This document shows, piece by piece, positions 1 through 10,462 of a stretch of 64,000 nucleotides of DNA. The stretch lies in NCBI GenBank assembly GCA_963677485.1, contig OY781964.1, positions 928,001 through 992,000 of the forward strand, in the 5' to 3' direction. The first letter of the stretch is position 1; each line of letters begins with the position of its first letter. The position numbers were made by a program, and so were the translations under genes. Under the pieces are notes generated by a model. It searched no databases and had not been told where the DNA came from. It saw only the letters and a list, made by a program, of their open reading frames with translations. The DNA comes from Armatimonadota bacterium (GTDB lineage Bacteria > Armatimonadota > HRBIN16).

Positions 1-1794
1 GATGACCAGGGACATGGCACGCATGTGTCTGGCATCATTGCGGCCGCCGCTAACAACGGCATTGGTGTAGCCGGCATTGCATACCAATCTGTCATCGTTC
101 CTATAAAGGTGTTGACTGCGGCTGGATCCGGCAACGACAGCGATGTGGCCATCGCACTGAAATACGCCGCGGACCAGAACATCCCGGTCATCAACCTCAG
201 TTTAGGCGGACTAGAATACGGCAGCCTGCTGATGGAGGCGGTCAACTACGCTTTCTATAAAGGCTCCATCATCCTCTGCGCGGGTAACGAGAGCGGCACT
301 GGCGGAGGAAACCTGGGCAACATCTATCCAGGCTCCTGCAGCAAAGTGCTGGCGGTGAGTGCCACAGGCGTCGATGATGAATTTGCGGCGACATATGCGG
401 GCTCTGGTATGTATGTGGGCATTTCGGCCCCCAGCGGCGATTACAAAATCATATCAATCGACTTCGACGGAGATGGTGTAACGGATTTTGATTACCCATG
501 GTTAGTCGAAATATGGAGCACCATCCCAGTAGACATCCCCTTCACGGAGCCCAACACAGGCTTTCAAGACTACACCTACGGCTGGGCACTGGGAACATCC
601 ATGGCTACCCCGCATGTGTCTGCCCTGGCCGCACTCTACACCGAGTATAAAAGCCTGACCCAAGCATCACATGACGCTAACCTGCGCACCTTCCAGGCCA
701 TCCAACGAGGGGCCGATTCCACCAACGGACTGGCTAATGGCGGACACGACTATATGTTTGGATATGGCCGTATCAACGTGCCAGCCACACTGCAAGATAC
801 CGACCAGCGTGCAGCAACCGTAGGCAGTTTGTGCGGCCAAGTCCTATACGGAGGCACACCAGCAGTCGCTGCTGATGTCTACGTCTACCCCATGGGCTCT
901 ATAACCGAGCTCCGCACCACGGCGCAGGAGTCAGGTTTATGGCGTTTACCCAACATCGCTCCGGGCTTATACCGCGTCAAGGCACGGTTTTTCGGTAGCG
1001 TGAAGGAGATATTGAACGTGCGCGTGGTGGCCGGAGCCGATACCCCTGGTGTGGACTTCTGGCTGGGTGACGTGTCGATGCAGACAGACGAAACTGCAGT
1101 AGATGAGCAGAATCTTAATGTCTCCATCGCTGGCAGTACACTCATCGCTGACTGGTGGGCTCGTGACCTGCTAAGCGGTATCGGTAAATACGAAATCTGC
1201 CTTGGCAGTGCTCAAGGACTCTCCGACATTCAAGCATGGACCGATTATGGCTGGAAGCAGTATGACAGCTTCGCAAAACCGGCGGGTGCCGCCTACATGG
1301 GTCTGCGTGTGACCAACGGGGCAGGCATCGTCAGCACACCGATCTGGAAATCACTTGGTGGCGGTGGTGCGCCTACGGGAACCGTCTCGGTGAAGATCAG
1401 CATCGCAGCCTTTACCGGTGACTTCACCAAACTCAGCCTTGCCGTGACCGCAGCACGCACTGGCGAGACACTCACGCAGAGTGTCGCCATCGATGCGAAC
1501 GGTAACGCCAGCTTCGTCATCCCAAGCGGCACCTGGGACATCACCCTGAAACCCACGCATTCACTCGCTAAGAAGACCACCGGAGTGGTGCTCAACGGCA
1601 CCGCCAACATGGGCACTCTCAGCTTCACGAATGGTGATGTTGATGGCGGTAACTCAGTGGACCTGTTCGACTACGTGAAGCTTGACGAGAACTTCGGCAA
1701 GCCATATGTGGCCGGTGACTTAGACGGCAGCGGTTCGGTGAACCTGTTTGACTATGTGATCATCGACACCAGCTTCGGCAGGGTTGGACAGTAG
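1..1794 (+). CDS. S8 (subtilisin-like) serine peptidase with carboxypeptidase-regulatory-like domain and C-terminal dockerin-like module; 5'-truncated by window edge
   Basis: Frame open from base 1: DDQGHGTHVSG (catalytic His), AGNE (oxyanion Asn), GTSMATPHVS (catalytic Ser); C-terminus GDVDGGNSVDLFDY...GDLDGSGSVNLFDY. Confidence 0.9.
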   Translation, partial: DDQGHGTHVSGIIAAAANNGIGVAGIAYQSVIVPIKVLTAAGSGNDSDVAIALKYAADQNIPVINLSLGGLEYGSLLMEAVNYAFYKGSIILCAGNESGTGGGNLGNIYPGSCSKVLAVSATGVDDEFAATYAGSGMYVGISAPSGDYKIISIDFDGDGVTDFDYPWLVEIWSTIPVDIPFTEPNTGFQDYTYGWALGTSMATPHVSALAALYTEYKSLTQASHDANLRTFQAIQRGADSTNGLANGGHDYMFGYGRINVPATLQDTDQRAATVGSLCGQVLYGGTPAVAADVYVYPMGSITELRTTAQESGLWRLPNIAPGLYRVKARFFGSVKEILNVRVVAGADTPGVDFWLGDVSMQTDETAVDEQNLNVSIAGSTLIADWWARDLLSGIGKYEICLGSAQGLSDIQAWTDYGWKQYDSFAKPAGAAYMGLRVTNGAGIVSTPIWKSLGGGGAPTGTVSVKISIAAFTGDFTKLSLAVTAARTGETLTQSVAIDANGNASFVIPSGTWDITLKPTHSLAKKTTGVVLNGTANMGTLSFTNGDVDGGNSVDLFDYVKLDENFGKPYVAGDLDGSGSVNLFDYVIIDTSFGRVGQ

Positions 1795-1826
1795 AGACCA
1801 AACAGACGTCAACCCGACATCAGAAT

Positions 1827-1860
1827 GGCCGGTGCAGGAAATCCTGCACCGGCCTTTTTT
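1827..1860 (+). terminator. Rho-independent terminator
   Basis: GGCCGGTGCAGGA-AA-TCCTGCACCGGCC followed by TTTTTT. Confidence 0.9.
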
Positions 1861-1930
1861 AGTTTTGCAGGTTATACAGTGAAATACGCAGTATTATAAG
1901 TCAGAGTATACAAACCCTGGGAGCTTCAAA

Positions 1931-4462
1931 TTGACCATACTACCTATACCGCAACAGAGTGAGCAACTTTCTGGCGAGATGCCGTTGGCTGTTCTCCATA
2001 GCGTAAACCTCAACGCACCAGCCGCAAGCCTTGATGGTTTGAAACAGCACCTTCATGAGCTGTGTGCAGAGGCTGGCACCAGGTGCCGGGTGACCACCAA
2101 CGCTTCGGGCAGCTTCATGCTGAGTGCAGGCACCGTGCAGATGGATATGAAAAGCCCGTCAGGCAATCCTCTGGCCATGCAGCAAGGTTACCGGCTGCAT
2201 ATCGACCCGAAGGGGCTCACCCTTTTGGCATGGTCAGAGAAAGGTCTTTTCTACGGCCTGATGACCCTGCGGCAGATCCTTCTTGAAGCGAAACGCGAAC
2301 GGCGAAGCTCCTTGCAGGCAGTCGATATCTTTGACTGGCCGGCATTGTCTATGCGCGGATACCACGAAGACTACGGCCGTGACCAGCTCCCCACAATGGC
2401 CGACCATAAGTTCATGATCCGCTGTCTGGCGCAATACAAGATGGACACCTTCATGTTCTACATTGAGCCCGACCACTTTGTCTACAAGTTTGATCCCAAC
2501 ATCAGCCCCACATACGACAGGTTCACGATACTTGAAATCCGCGAGCTGGTGGCCTACGCCCGTCGATACTATGTGCAGATCATCCCTGTGGTGGAGCTGC
2601 TGGGCCACTGTGAGATGCTGCTCAGCAATGAAAAGTATAAACCCATCGGTGAAATGCCGCTGTATGGAAGTGACCTGTGCCCGACCAGCGAAGAGACATG
2701 GCAGATCACAGCCAAGATCATTGATGAACTGGCACCAGCCTTTGATGCCCAGTACTTTCACGCCGGGCTCGATGAAAGCTTTGGTATCGGTCAGGGACGC
2801 AGTGCCGATGCGGTCAAAAAGGTTGGTATCGCGAAGGTATTTGCCGACTGGTATAACCGCTTGAACCAGCAAATTCGCAAGCATGGTCAAACCATGATGA
2901 TGTATGGCGACATCGTGATGAACCACCCAGAGATATTGACGATGCTCGATAAAGACATCGTGCTGATGAGCTGGGACTACATCCCGCGTGACCGTTATGA
3001 GTCGCTGGACAGGTTCGCCCAACTCGGATTTAAAACAAATGCGCTGAGCGGCATATGGGACTGGAACCAGGCCTATCCCCTTCTAGGCGCCGCATTCGCG
3101 AACATCGACGACTATACGCAGCAGTGCGTTGAAGTGGGTGCGACAGGCCACTTCCTAAGCTCATGGGGGGACAACTTCCGCGGCATCTGGGGATATAACC
3201 TGAGTGAATTGAACGATAGCGGTGTGATTTACTGCGGCTGCTCAGGCTGGACAGGGAAACCCATCCCCATACAGCAGTTCATCCCGATGTTTTGCATCAG
3301 TTATTACGGCAGTTCCGACCCTCAGTTCGCGGACGCTTTACTCAGCCTTGCGCTTTCACAAGGCGAGGGACTAGAACACTCCAGTCAGGCGATTAACGTC
3401 ATGCGTAGTGACATTTTGTCTAGTGTCTTCATGATGATGGATGCAGCGGATGGCTATATGAACTTCTGGCGGACGTTGAACGACACGGCTTCGCAAGCGT
3501 TGAAGGCACTGAGCCACCAGCGTCTGGCACGCAACGGCGACCGCATGGATGCCATTCTCGTGGGGGCACGGCAGCTTCAACTTGCGGCTCAGATGGCACT
3601 CGGCGCATATGAGATCGCCCGTTCGATGCAGCAGCCCAAGCTGGATACCGCGATGGCAGTAGCGGTTCTGCAAAAGCTGATCGCCCAGCAGCGCAGCCTC
3701 GCGACTGCCTACAAGAAGGTCTATCTGAGACGAAACCGCCCTTTGAATATGGGACGGATTCAACCAAACTGGGAGTTCACGATCAGTCGGTTGGAAAGCT
3801 TGCTGACCGATGTACGTGAAGGCAAACTAGCATACAGCACGCGCAAAGCGTTGATGGCATCCTGGCGGTTCGACCCAAAGGCCCCCTGGGAGAGCATGCC
3901 TAAAGGACTCGCATTAAAACCGAAGACAGCTGACGCTTCCATACGGCAGCTTTCGGATGGCACCGGTTATATACAGCTTCAGAACAACAGTTTTGTGAAT
4001 ACCATAGACGAAAAGCAGCGGCTTGATTTCGGCAAAAACGCCTTCACATGTGAACTCTGGACGCGTCATCATGGCCAGAAACAGCAGCAGTACGGCAGCA
4101 CTCTGTTAAGTTACGGAGCGGGCTGGCGCTTTGGCATGATCAACGGAAACCTGACCTTCACCATCTACGCCGTAAATGACCTTGAGTGCCCCAGTGCTGC
4201 CGTACCCCCGGACGGTGAATGGCATCACGTGGCCGTCAGCTTCAATCACTGCCACACGGTGAGTTACTTCGTTGACGGTCAGCTAAAAGCGCAAATGGAG
4301 CTGTCGGGCCTGCCCAACAGCACCAAGAACCCACAGATCGTGCTGGGTAACGACCCAGCCTCGCTCTCGGGGTATACAGGTGATATCACGCGCCTGCGGA
4401 TACACGCCGGTGCTTTGACCGCCGATCAGCTTGACACCGCCTTCAAGCCAGTGAGGGATTGA
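1931..4462 (+). CDS. GH20-family beta-N-acetylhexosaminidase-like protein with C-terminal LamG/ConA-like domain
   Basis: QGYRL...GLFYGLMTLRQ...DWPALSMRG GH20 pattern, IIPVVELLGH, HAGLDE catalytic motif; C-terminal FTCELW...DGEWHHVAVS...YFVDG LamG pattern. Confidence 0.85.
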   Translation: MTILPIPQQSEQLSGEMPLAVLHSVNLNAPAASLDGLKQHLHELCAEAGTRCRVTTNASGSFMLSAGTVQMDMKSPSGNPLAMQQGYRLHIDPKGLTLLAWSEKGLFYGLMTLRQILLEAKRERRSSLQAVDIFDWPALSMRGYHEDYGRDQLPTMADHKFMIRCLAQYKMDTFMFYIEPDHFVYKFDPNISPTYDRFTILEIRELVAYARRYYVQIIPVVELLGHCEMLLSNEKYKPIGEMPLYGSDLCPTSEETWQITAKIIDELAPAFDAQYFHAGLDESFGIGQGRSADAVKKVGIAKVFADWYNRLNQQIRKHGQTMMMYGDIVMNHPEILTMLDKDIVLMSWDYIPRDRYESLDRFAQLGFKTNALSGIWDWNQAYPLLGAAFANIDDYTQQCVEVGATGHFLSSWGDNFRGIWGYNLSELNDSGVIYCGCSGWTGKPIPIQQFIPMFCISYYGSSDPQFADALLSLALSQGEGLEHSSQAINVMRSDILSSVFMMMDAADGYMNFWRTLNDTASQALKALSHQRLARNGDRMDAILVGARQLQLAAQMALGAYEIARSMQQPKLDTAMAVAVLQKLIAQQRSLATAYKKVYLRRNRPLNMGRIQPNWEFTISRLESLLTDVREGKLAYSTRKALMASWRFDPKAPWESMPKGLALKPKTADASIRQLSDGTGYIQLQNNSFVNTIDEKQRLDFGKNAFTCELWTRHHGQKQQQYGSTLLSYGAGWRFGMINGNLTFTIYAVNDLECPSAAVPPDGEWHHVAVSFNHCHTVSYFVDGQLKAQMELSGLPNSTKNPQIVLGNDPASLSGYTGDITRLRIHAGALTADQLDTAFKPVRD

Positions 4463-4477
4463 CCTCGCCGGTTTCTT

Positions 4478-5124
4478 TTGCCTAAGTCCGGGGCGGTTTT
4501 CCCTAACCGCGCCGGTCTTGATCCGGGACGACAGCTTTCAGGCTATCCGCCAGACCGGCGCGGTCTATAGTCCTCTGAACCCGCTAGCCATCCGTAAGAC
4601 CGCCCCGGACATAGGCAATAACTGCCGTAGTCCGGGCGGTCTTCATTGCCTAAGTCCGGGGCGGTTTTCCCTAACCGCGCCGGTCTTGTTCCGCGGGACG
4701 AAAGCTTGCAGGCTATCCGCCAGACCTGCGCGGTCTATAGTCCTCTGAACCCGCTAGCCGTCTGTCAGACCGCCCCGGACATAGCCAATAACTGCCGTAG
4801 TCCGGGGCGGTCTTGATTGCCGTAGTCCGGGGTCGTTTTCCCCTAACCGCGCCGGTCTTGTTCCGCAGGACGAAAGCTTTCTGGCTATCCGCCAGACCGG
4901 CGCGGTCTATTGTCCTCTGAATCGCTAGCCATCTGTCAGACCGCCCCGGACATAGCCAATAACTGCCGTAGTCCGGGGCGGTCTTCATTGCCTAAGTCCG
5001 GGGCGGTTTTCCCTAACCGCGCCGGTCTTGATCCGGGACGACAGCTAGCAGGCTATCCGCCAGACCGGCGCGGTCTCAAGACCTCTGACATCCGCCAGAC
5101 CGCCCCGGACATAGGCACGGACTA
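4478..5124. repeat. Tandem array of four ~170-bp nested-palindrome units (REPIN/MITE-like)
   Basis: Units start at 4478, 4646, 4817, 4988; outer IR TTGCCTAAGTCCGGGGCGGT/ACCGCCCCGGACATAGGCAA, inner IR ACCGCGCCGGTCT/AGACCGGCGCGGT. Confidence 0.92.
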
Positions 5125-5126
5125 CC

Positions 5127-5642
5127 CTACTTCACCCAGCGGATGATCTCCTCAACGCTCTTGCGAGGGCGGCGTTCGGGAGCCTGCTTCACGTAGCCGA
5201 TGGGCAACGCCGCGACCGGCTCCAGTTCCTCAGGCAACCCTAACCCTCCCCGCACCGCGGAGGGATCAAACGCACATATCCAGCAGCTCCCCAACCCCTC
5301 ATCTACCGCGGCCAGGTGCATATGCTCTACGCAGATCGCCAAATCGATGTCGGAATGGTTCTTCTGGTCATACGCGCGAACCCAGGCAGCCGCAGGCTGT
5401 GAACATGCCACCAATACGACCGGTGCTTCGGTGATCCATCGCTGTGAGTCGCGTGGAAACATCGCCTTCTTCACATCCTGGTTGGTCACCACGTAGAGTA
5501 TCCAGGGCTGTCGGTTGGTGGCACTAGGCGCCAGGCGACCAGCCTCCACTATCCTAAGCAGTTTCTCATGCTCCACATCCTGGTCAGTGAAACTCCGCAC
5601 GCTTCCGCGCTGCCTGCAGAGGTCTAATAAACTCATGCCCAT
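5127..5642 (-). CDS. Nitroreductase family protein
   Basis: RGSVRSF, APSATNRQPW, LAAVDEGLGSCWI, PIGY motifs. Confidence 0.92.
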   Translation of the reverse strand: MGMSLLDLCRQRGSVRSFTDQDVEHEKLLRIVEAGRLAPSATNRQPWILYVVTNQDVKKAMFPRDSQRWITEAPVVLVACSQPAAAWVRAYDQKNHSDIDLAICVEHMHLAAVDEGLGSCWICAFDPSAVRGGLGLPEELEPVAALPIGYVKQAPERRPRKSVEEIIRWVK

Positions 5643-6436
5643 GCATCCTCCGGTTCTGCTTGAAATAGCGCCAAAAAGGCCATCGCCACTGTCACAACCA
5701 CGAATAGAGGCAACGCAAGCGAACCGCTTGGTTGTGAGAGGTTATGTATATCAAGTCTAGACATACTCATGTAGTTAAGTATAATCTCCAGTATAGTGGC
5801 AGGCACCATGGCGTGAGCCACGATATTACATGTCTGCGCAAATGGCCGCGTCAACCCATTGACCGGTATCACGCTCATCACACCGCCCAGTAATGCCACC
5901 AGGATGCTTCGCCCTATTAACATAAATATAAACAGCAGAAGAACGCCAACAAAAATGTAATAGACCGCAGTCTCACGCAGCCTTTCAGCTGCATTCTGAT
6001 TATTCACACCGTTAAGCAAGTTCATAGAATTCGGTTTTGAGTCCGGCTGTCCCTTCGCGTGTGTATAGACCATATCACTCGTCAGCAACACGCACCGTAT
6101 ATCACCGTATGCGGCCTTCACCTGGCTCAGATTCGTTTGATTTGTGGTATCTATGACGACCACAAAATCATCGCCTTTATAGGTGTATGGCTGCGGCACT
6201 CCAGGCATACTCAGTTTTCCGTTCTCAACACTGAAGGGAGGCGTCGATTGAATGGCCTTCTGAGTAAACGGCATCACCATGTCCACGATCTTCGTGCATA
6301 GTACCATCCAAACCAGGCAGCTTATCAGCGTCATGACCGCTAAAACACCAAACGCACCCCCACCACTGGCCTTCATCAAGCGTCCATACCCGCCAACCGG
6401 ATTGAACGCTAAGCCAAACCTCTTGAAAAAGAACAT
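5633..6436 (-). CDS. Membrane protein, DUF1189-like
   Basis: N-terminal TM, PPFSVENGKL...VVVIDTT extracytoplasmic part, three C-terminal TMs; GGAGG RBS before ATG 6436. Confidence 0.6.
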   Translation of the reverse strand: MFFFKRFGLAFNPVGGYGRLMKASGGGAFGVLAVMTLISCLVWMVLCTKIVDMVMPFTQKAIQSTPPFSVENGKLSMPGVPQPYTYKGDDFVVVIDTTNQTNLSQVKAAYGDIRCVLLTSDMVYTHAKGQPDSKPNSMNLLNGVNNQNAAERLRETAVYYIFVGVLLLFIFMLIGRSILVALLGGVMSVIPVNGLTRPFAQTCNIVAHAMVPATILEIILNYMSMSRLDIHNLSQPSGSLALPLFVVVTVAMAFLALFQAEPEDAWA

Positions 6437-6545
6437 CCGATACCTCCCACACAGTTTACGTGTCACTGATTCTACTGTACCAAATAACAACACCCGCCCG
6501 GTGATACCGGACGGGCGTTTGTGTAACTATAGTGCCGACATGGGG

Positions 6546-7760
6546 CTACAGACGCAGCGTGTCAGGCCGGCGACGAAGGGTCGCCACGGCGGTGCAGCCG
6601 ATGCCCTCTTTGCGGCCAATAAAACCCATCTTCTCGTTGGTGGTAGCTTTCACATTCACCCGTTCGGCAGATACCTGCAGCACTCCGGCGATGCGCTCAC
6701 GCATCTGCGGCGCATACGGATGCATCTTGGGTGCCTCCGCCATGATAGTAGAGTCGATGTTCTCAATACTCCAGCCGTCGGCGGCCAGCTTTGCCCAGGC
6801 GATTCGTAGAAGATCAGTGCTGTCGGCATTCTTGTAAGCAGGATCGGTGTCAGGGAAAAGCGTGCCGATGTCATCCATACCGGCGGCACCCAGCAAAGCG
6901 TCAATGATCGCGTGAATCAACGCGTCGGCATCGCTGTGGCCAGCGAGTCCCATGTCGTGTTTGATGGAAACACCACCCAGTATCAGCTCGCGGTCATCGA
7001 CCAACTGGTGGCTGTCATATCCAAAACCGGTGCGCACTTCAAAGCTGCCCAATAGAATTTCCTCCATCCGCAGTTGGTCTTCAGGGTATGTCAGTTTGAT
7101 GTTCGTGGCCTCGCCAGGCACCACACTTACGGGGTGGAACTCCTCGACGACCGAGGCATCGTCTGTGGGACTGCCTTCCCGGAAGTCGAATCGGTCGTAT
7201 GCACTGCGCAGCACGCTGAGGCTGAATCCCTGGGGGGTTTGTACACGCATGAGGTCGGTTTTATGGCCGTCTTCATCGCGTGACTGTCGGGATGTGGTTC
7301 CGTGGGTATGGCCATCGGCGTCCACCCACCAGAGGGTGTCACAGATGCGCACGACGGGCACCACAGCTCCATGCTGGCGCGTCCCACGTACGACTCGAGA
7401 GATCAAGTCTGCGCTCACTGCCGCGCGGGCACAATCATGCACCAGCACGCTGCCGTCATCGGTGTCGATGGCATCAAGGCCTGCCATCACCGACTCCCAG
7501 CGGGCCGGCCCTCCCTCCACCACGCTGACCACCTTAGCGAATGGCTTCACAAGTTCCTGCATCGCACTCAAGTCATCTTCAGAGGTGACCAGCACGATGC
7601 TGCTGATATCGGAGTGGTTTTGAAAGGCTCGGAGGGCCCACCACACTGCGGGTTGCCCTCCGATACGCGTCCATAGCTTATTGGTTCGGCTACCGAACCT
7701 TTCGCCTCGTCCGGCTGCTAGCAAAATTGCGTGAGTTTCGTTCACCGTAGTCTCTATCAT
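6546..7760 (-). CDS. ispDF: Bifunctional IspD/IspF (MEP cytidylyltransferase / MEcPP synthase)
   Basis: LLAAGRGERFG, VLVHDCAR, QTPQGF, TDD, NIKLTYPED then GFGYDSH, HSDADALIHA, NVKATTNEKMGFIGRKEG; start approximate. Confidence 0.95.
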   Translation of the reverse strand: MIETTVNETHAILLAAGRGERFGSRTNKLWTRIGGQPAVWWALRAFQNHSDISSIVLVTSEDDLSAMQELVKPFAKVVSVVEGGPARWESVMAGLDAIDTDDGSVLVHDCARAAVSADLISRVVRGTRQHGAVVPVVRICDTLWWVDADGHTHGTTSRQSRDEDGHKTDLMRVQTPQGFSLSVLRSAYDRFDFREGSPTDDASVVEEFHPVSVVPGEATNIKLTYPEDQLRMEEILLGSFEVRTGFGYDSHQLVDDRELILGGVSIKHDMGLAGHSDADALIHAIIDALLGAAGMDDIGTLFPDTDPAYKNADSTDLLRIAWAKLAADGWSIENIDSTIMAEAPKMHPYAPQMRERIAGVLQVSAERVNVKATTNEKMGFIGRKEGIGCTAVATLRRRPDTLRL

Positions 7761-8847
7761 CCTCGTCCATATCTTGGGCGTTGGCAAAGATCATTTTACC
7801 GGCCGGTGTCTGCAGCAAGCTGGAGACGACCACGATGATCTCCTGGTCTATACAGTCTCGGGCACCTTCCACCACAATCATCGTGCCGTCGTCTAAATAG
7901 CCGACGCCTTGATTCTGCTGGTTGCCCTCCTTGATAATCTTAACCTTAAGCTCTTCACCAGGCAAGGCAACCGGTTTTAGAGCATTCGAAAGCTCATTCA
8001 CGTTCAGCACGCGAACGCCTTCCAGCTCCGCCACCTTGTTCAGATTATAGTCATTGGTGACGATCACACCGTTGATTCTCTGGGCGATCATGACCAGCCG
8101 TTTGTCCACCGGCTCGCCTGGGTCAGCCAGGTGATCATAGGTGCGCAGCTCAAGGTGCCGTTCCTTCTGCATCTGGTTTAGGATATCCAGACCGCGGCGG
8201 CCGCGGGCCCGGCGCAGTGAATCGGAGCTGTCAGCGATATACTGCAACTCGTCGATCACAAAGCCGGGGATATAGAGCACGCCCTCGACAAACCCCGTGC
8301 GGCAGACATCCAGCAGCCGACCGTCGATAATCACATTGGTGTCAAATATCTTCACCTTTGCGTTATCCATGGCGGTCTTCTCCTGGCTAGGAGCTGCGGC
8401 CTGCTGCGTCACAGGGAAGCCGATGTCCTTCAAACTGATCAAGGCTGAGACACTGAGGTAAACCAGCACAACAGCCACACCGAAAGTTAATGTTTGCCCC
8501 ATCGGTCCGGATCTAGGCAAAACAAGCGCAAACGGAATGGTGATGATAAGCCCCAGGATAATTCCAAACGTCACCGCCACTTTCTCACGCGGGTCGGTTC
8601 GCTCCAGTCGATCCTGGATACTGATGATCCAATTGAAGAACTTGGGCCATAATACGAGTGCAATCAAAATACCAATGAGCGATAGTGCAATCTTGACTAC
8701 TGTGTAATAGCTGGGATCGTTGAGTGACAATTCGCGGTTGCGTTCCAGCACGTGAATGAACCATAGGGAACACTGATACCCCGCCATTGCCCCACAAGCC
8801 ATCACCGCTGCGAAAAGAAATAAGCGGAATGTCTTAGCGATAGGCAC
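7690..8847 (-). CDS. PIN/TRAM-domain membrane protein (YacL family)
   Basis: N-terminal TMs; DTNVIIDGR, RGRRGLDIL, TNDYNLNKVA, GVGYLDDGTMIVVE, QTPAGKMIF; typical position upstream of ispD. Confidence 0.93.
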   Translation of the reverse strand: MPIAKTFRLFLFAAVMACGAMAGYQCSLWFIHVLERNRELSLNDPSYYTVVKIALSLIGILIALVLWPKFFNWIISIQDRLERTDPREKVAVTFGIILGLIITIPFALVLPRSGPMGQTLTFGVAVVLVYLSVSALISLKDIGFPVTQQAAAPSQEKTAMDNAKVKIFDTNVIIDGRLLDVCRTGFVEGVLYIPGFVIDELQYIADSSDSLRRARGRRGLDILNQMQKERHLELRTYDHLADPGEPVDKRLVMIAQRINGVIVTNDYNLNKVAELEGVRVLNVNELSNALKPVALPGEELKVKIIKEGNQQNQGVGYLDDGTMIVVEGARDCIDQEIIVVVSSLLQTPAGKMIFANAQDMDEDDRDYGERNSRNFASSRTRRKVR

Positions 8848-9010
8848 GGTTTTTGACCTCCTGAAAGATACTTATGAATGTATTACGAACTGCATTTATG
8901 GTACACATAAAAGCGACAACGCGCCTTCACAGGCGCGCCTATAGCATCGATGGCCATCAACCTTGTCATCAAGGACTTGGTTGGCACGTCAGATGTATCG
9001 GTTCTATATA

Positions 9011-10387
9011 CTATACTGCTTGAACGGTCTTGGCTGCTTCACGAAAAGATCGATCGACGGTGTATTTTCCAAAATCAACATCACCAACCAGGTAAAACGA
9101 ACCGGTAAGCAGTATCAGATCATCTATTTCCGCGATACTGTCGGCGTGTTGAAGAGCCGTATTAGCGTCAATACTGGTCATCAACAGACCTTTGAATTGC
9201 CGAAATGGTGCTGCCAGCTTTTTCAAGCTCATACCCCGGCGATCACGCGGTGCAGTTAAAATCACTACATCCGCAAAGCCTAGTATTAACTCGGCCATAC
9301 AGTCAGGTTGATGCCCCTGGGTCATGCCCAACACAACGATTCTTTTGTTGTGCGGCACACTCTCCTTCACGGCATCCAGAAGCTTCGCCAGCGCCTGCGG
9401 GTTATGAGCACCATCCAATAACGTCCACGGATTACGGCCGATAACCTGCATCCGACCCGGCAGCCACGCCTCTGCCAGCCCACTTTCAATGGTCTGATGT
9501 GAGACGTCACTAAAAGAATTAGACGTCAGCAGCATACAAATTGTTGCAGCAATCGCGGCATTACTGGCTTGATATTTGCCAAATAGTCCTAATTGGTAGC
9601 TTCCAGCGCAGTTCTTTGGTTGCGCAATCGTTACGCCTCCAGGCGATCCCTGTATCGGTTCGTAATTCCATACCACGTTTTCGCCAAAGTTCTCATACAA
9701 TCCTGCCCCTTCAGGTTGCACCAGCCAATAAGGGCTGCCGCATTCCTGTGCCTTCGCCTCGATCACCCTCCTTGGCTCATCTTCGACTACTGCGCTCACC
9801 ACTGGTACGCCGGGTTTGATGATGCCGGCCTTCTGCCCCGCGATCGCCCCCAAAGTGTTGCCCAGACGTTCCATATGATCGAGACCAATACTGGTGATCG
9901 CGCAGACTTCGGGTGTGATCACATTGGTGCAGTCGAGTAGACCGCCCATTCCAACTTCTATCACCGCGATATCAACCTTCTGTTCCGCAAACCAGGTAAA
10001 CGCGAGCGCAGTCTTCAGCTCGAACTCCGTGACCTGCCCCATGGAAGTATGGGCCAGCTCCTGTATCATTGGCTGGATTCGGCCTACTATTTCCGCGAAG
10101 TTCTCCTCAGGTATCATCTGTCCATCCACCTGCACTCGTTCGCGCAGGTCGAAGACATATGGTGACAGATATACTCCGGTTCGATACCCAGAAGCCCGCA
10201 TGATAGCGGCCGTCATGGTGCAGGTACTGCCCTTGCCGTTGGTGCCAGCAATATGGACGCTCTTGAACTGGCGATGCGGGTTGCCAAGCATAGCCAGAAG
10301 AGCCTCTATACGCTGGTTGCCCAGCTTAATTCCAAAACGCTTGAGACCCTGCATGTATTCCACGGCCTCATGAAAGCTGATATGCAA
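9011..10387 (-). CDS. folC: Folylpolyglutamate synthase/dihydrofolate synthase
   Basis: HIAGTNGKGS, EVGMGGLLDCTN, IGLDH, KAGIIK, WLPGRMQ, LDGAHNP, TGSFYLVG; start TTG 10387 inferred from RBS. Confidence 0.95.
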   Translation of the reverse strand: MHISFHEAVEYMQGLKRFGIKLGNQRIEALLAMLGNPHRQFKSVHIAGTNGKGSTCTMTAAIMRASGYRTGVYLSPYVFDLRERVQVDGQMIPEENFAEIVGRIQPMIQELAHTSMGQVTEFELKTALAFTWFAEQKVDIAVIEVGMGGLLDCTNVITPEVCAITSIGLDHMERLGNTLGAIAGQKAGIIKPGVPVVSAVVEDEPRRVIEAKAQECGSPYWLVQPEGAGLYENFGENVVWNYEPIQGSPGGVTIAQPKNCAGSYQLGLFGKYQASNAAIAATICMLLTSNSFSDVSHQTIESGLAEAWLPGRMQVIGRNPWTLLDGAHNPQALAKLLDAVKESVPHNKRIVVLGMTQGHQPDCMAELILGFADVVILTAPRDRRGMSLKKLAAPFRQFKGLLMTSIDANTALQHADSIAEIDDLILLTGSFYLVGDVDFGKYTVDRSFREAAKTVQAV

Positions 10388-10462
10388 AACTGTTACTCCG
10401 ATATATATTTTGAAACGCTGGATGTACACCATATGGGGCATCCACGATGGTGAAGCTCACGG

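Noticed and set aside
4690-4760. Hammerhead ribozyme suggested by GGACGAAAG in repeat loops
   Set aside because: No properly placed CUGANGA core (CTGAACC instead) and GAAA is absent from other copies
4478-5124. CRISPR array interpretation of the repeat units (cores separated by ~30-nt segments)
   Set aside because: The intervening segments are homologous between units and loci rather than unique spacers, cores alternate in orientation, and no cas genes are present
4518-5146. Short ORFs 4518-4748, 4713-4988, 4910-5146 and 32677-32922
   Set aside because: They are translations of the palindromic repeat with no RBS or protein-like features
7690-8847. PIN domain as a toxin-antitoxin or defence system
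   Set aside because: It is the membrane PIN/TRAM YacL family in its standard position before ispD, with no antitoxin
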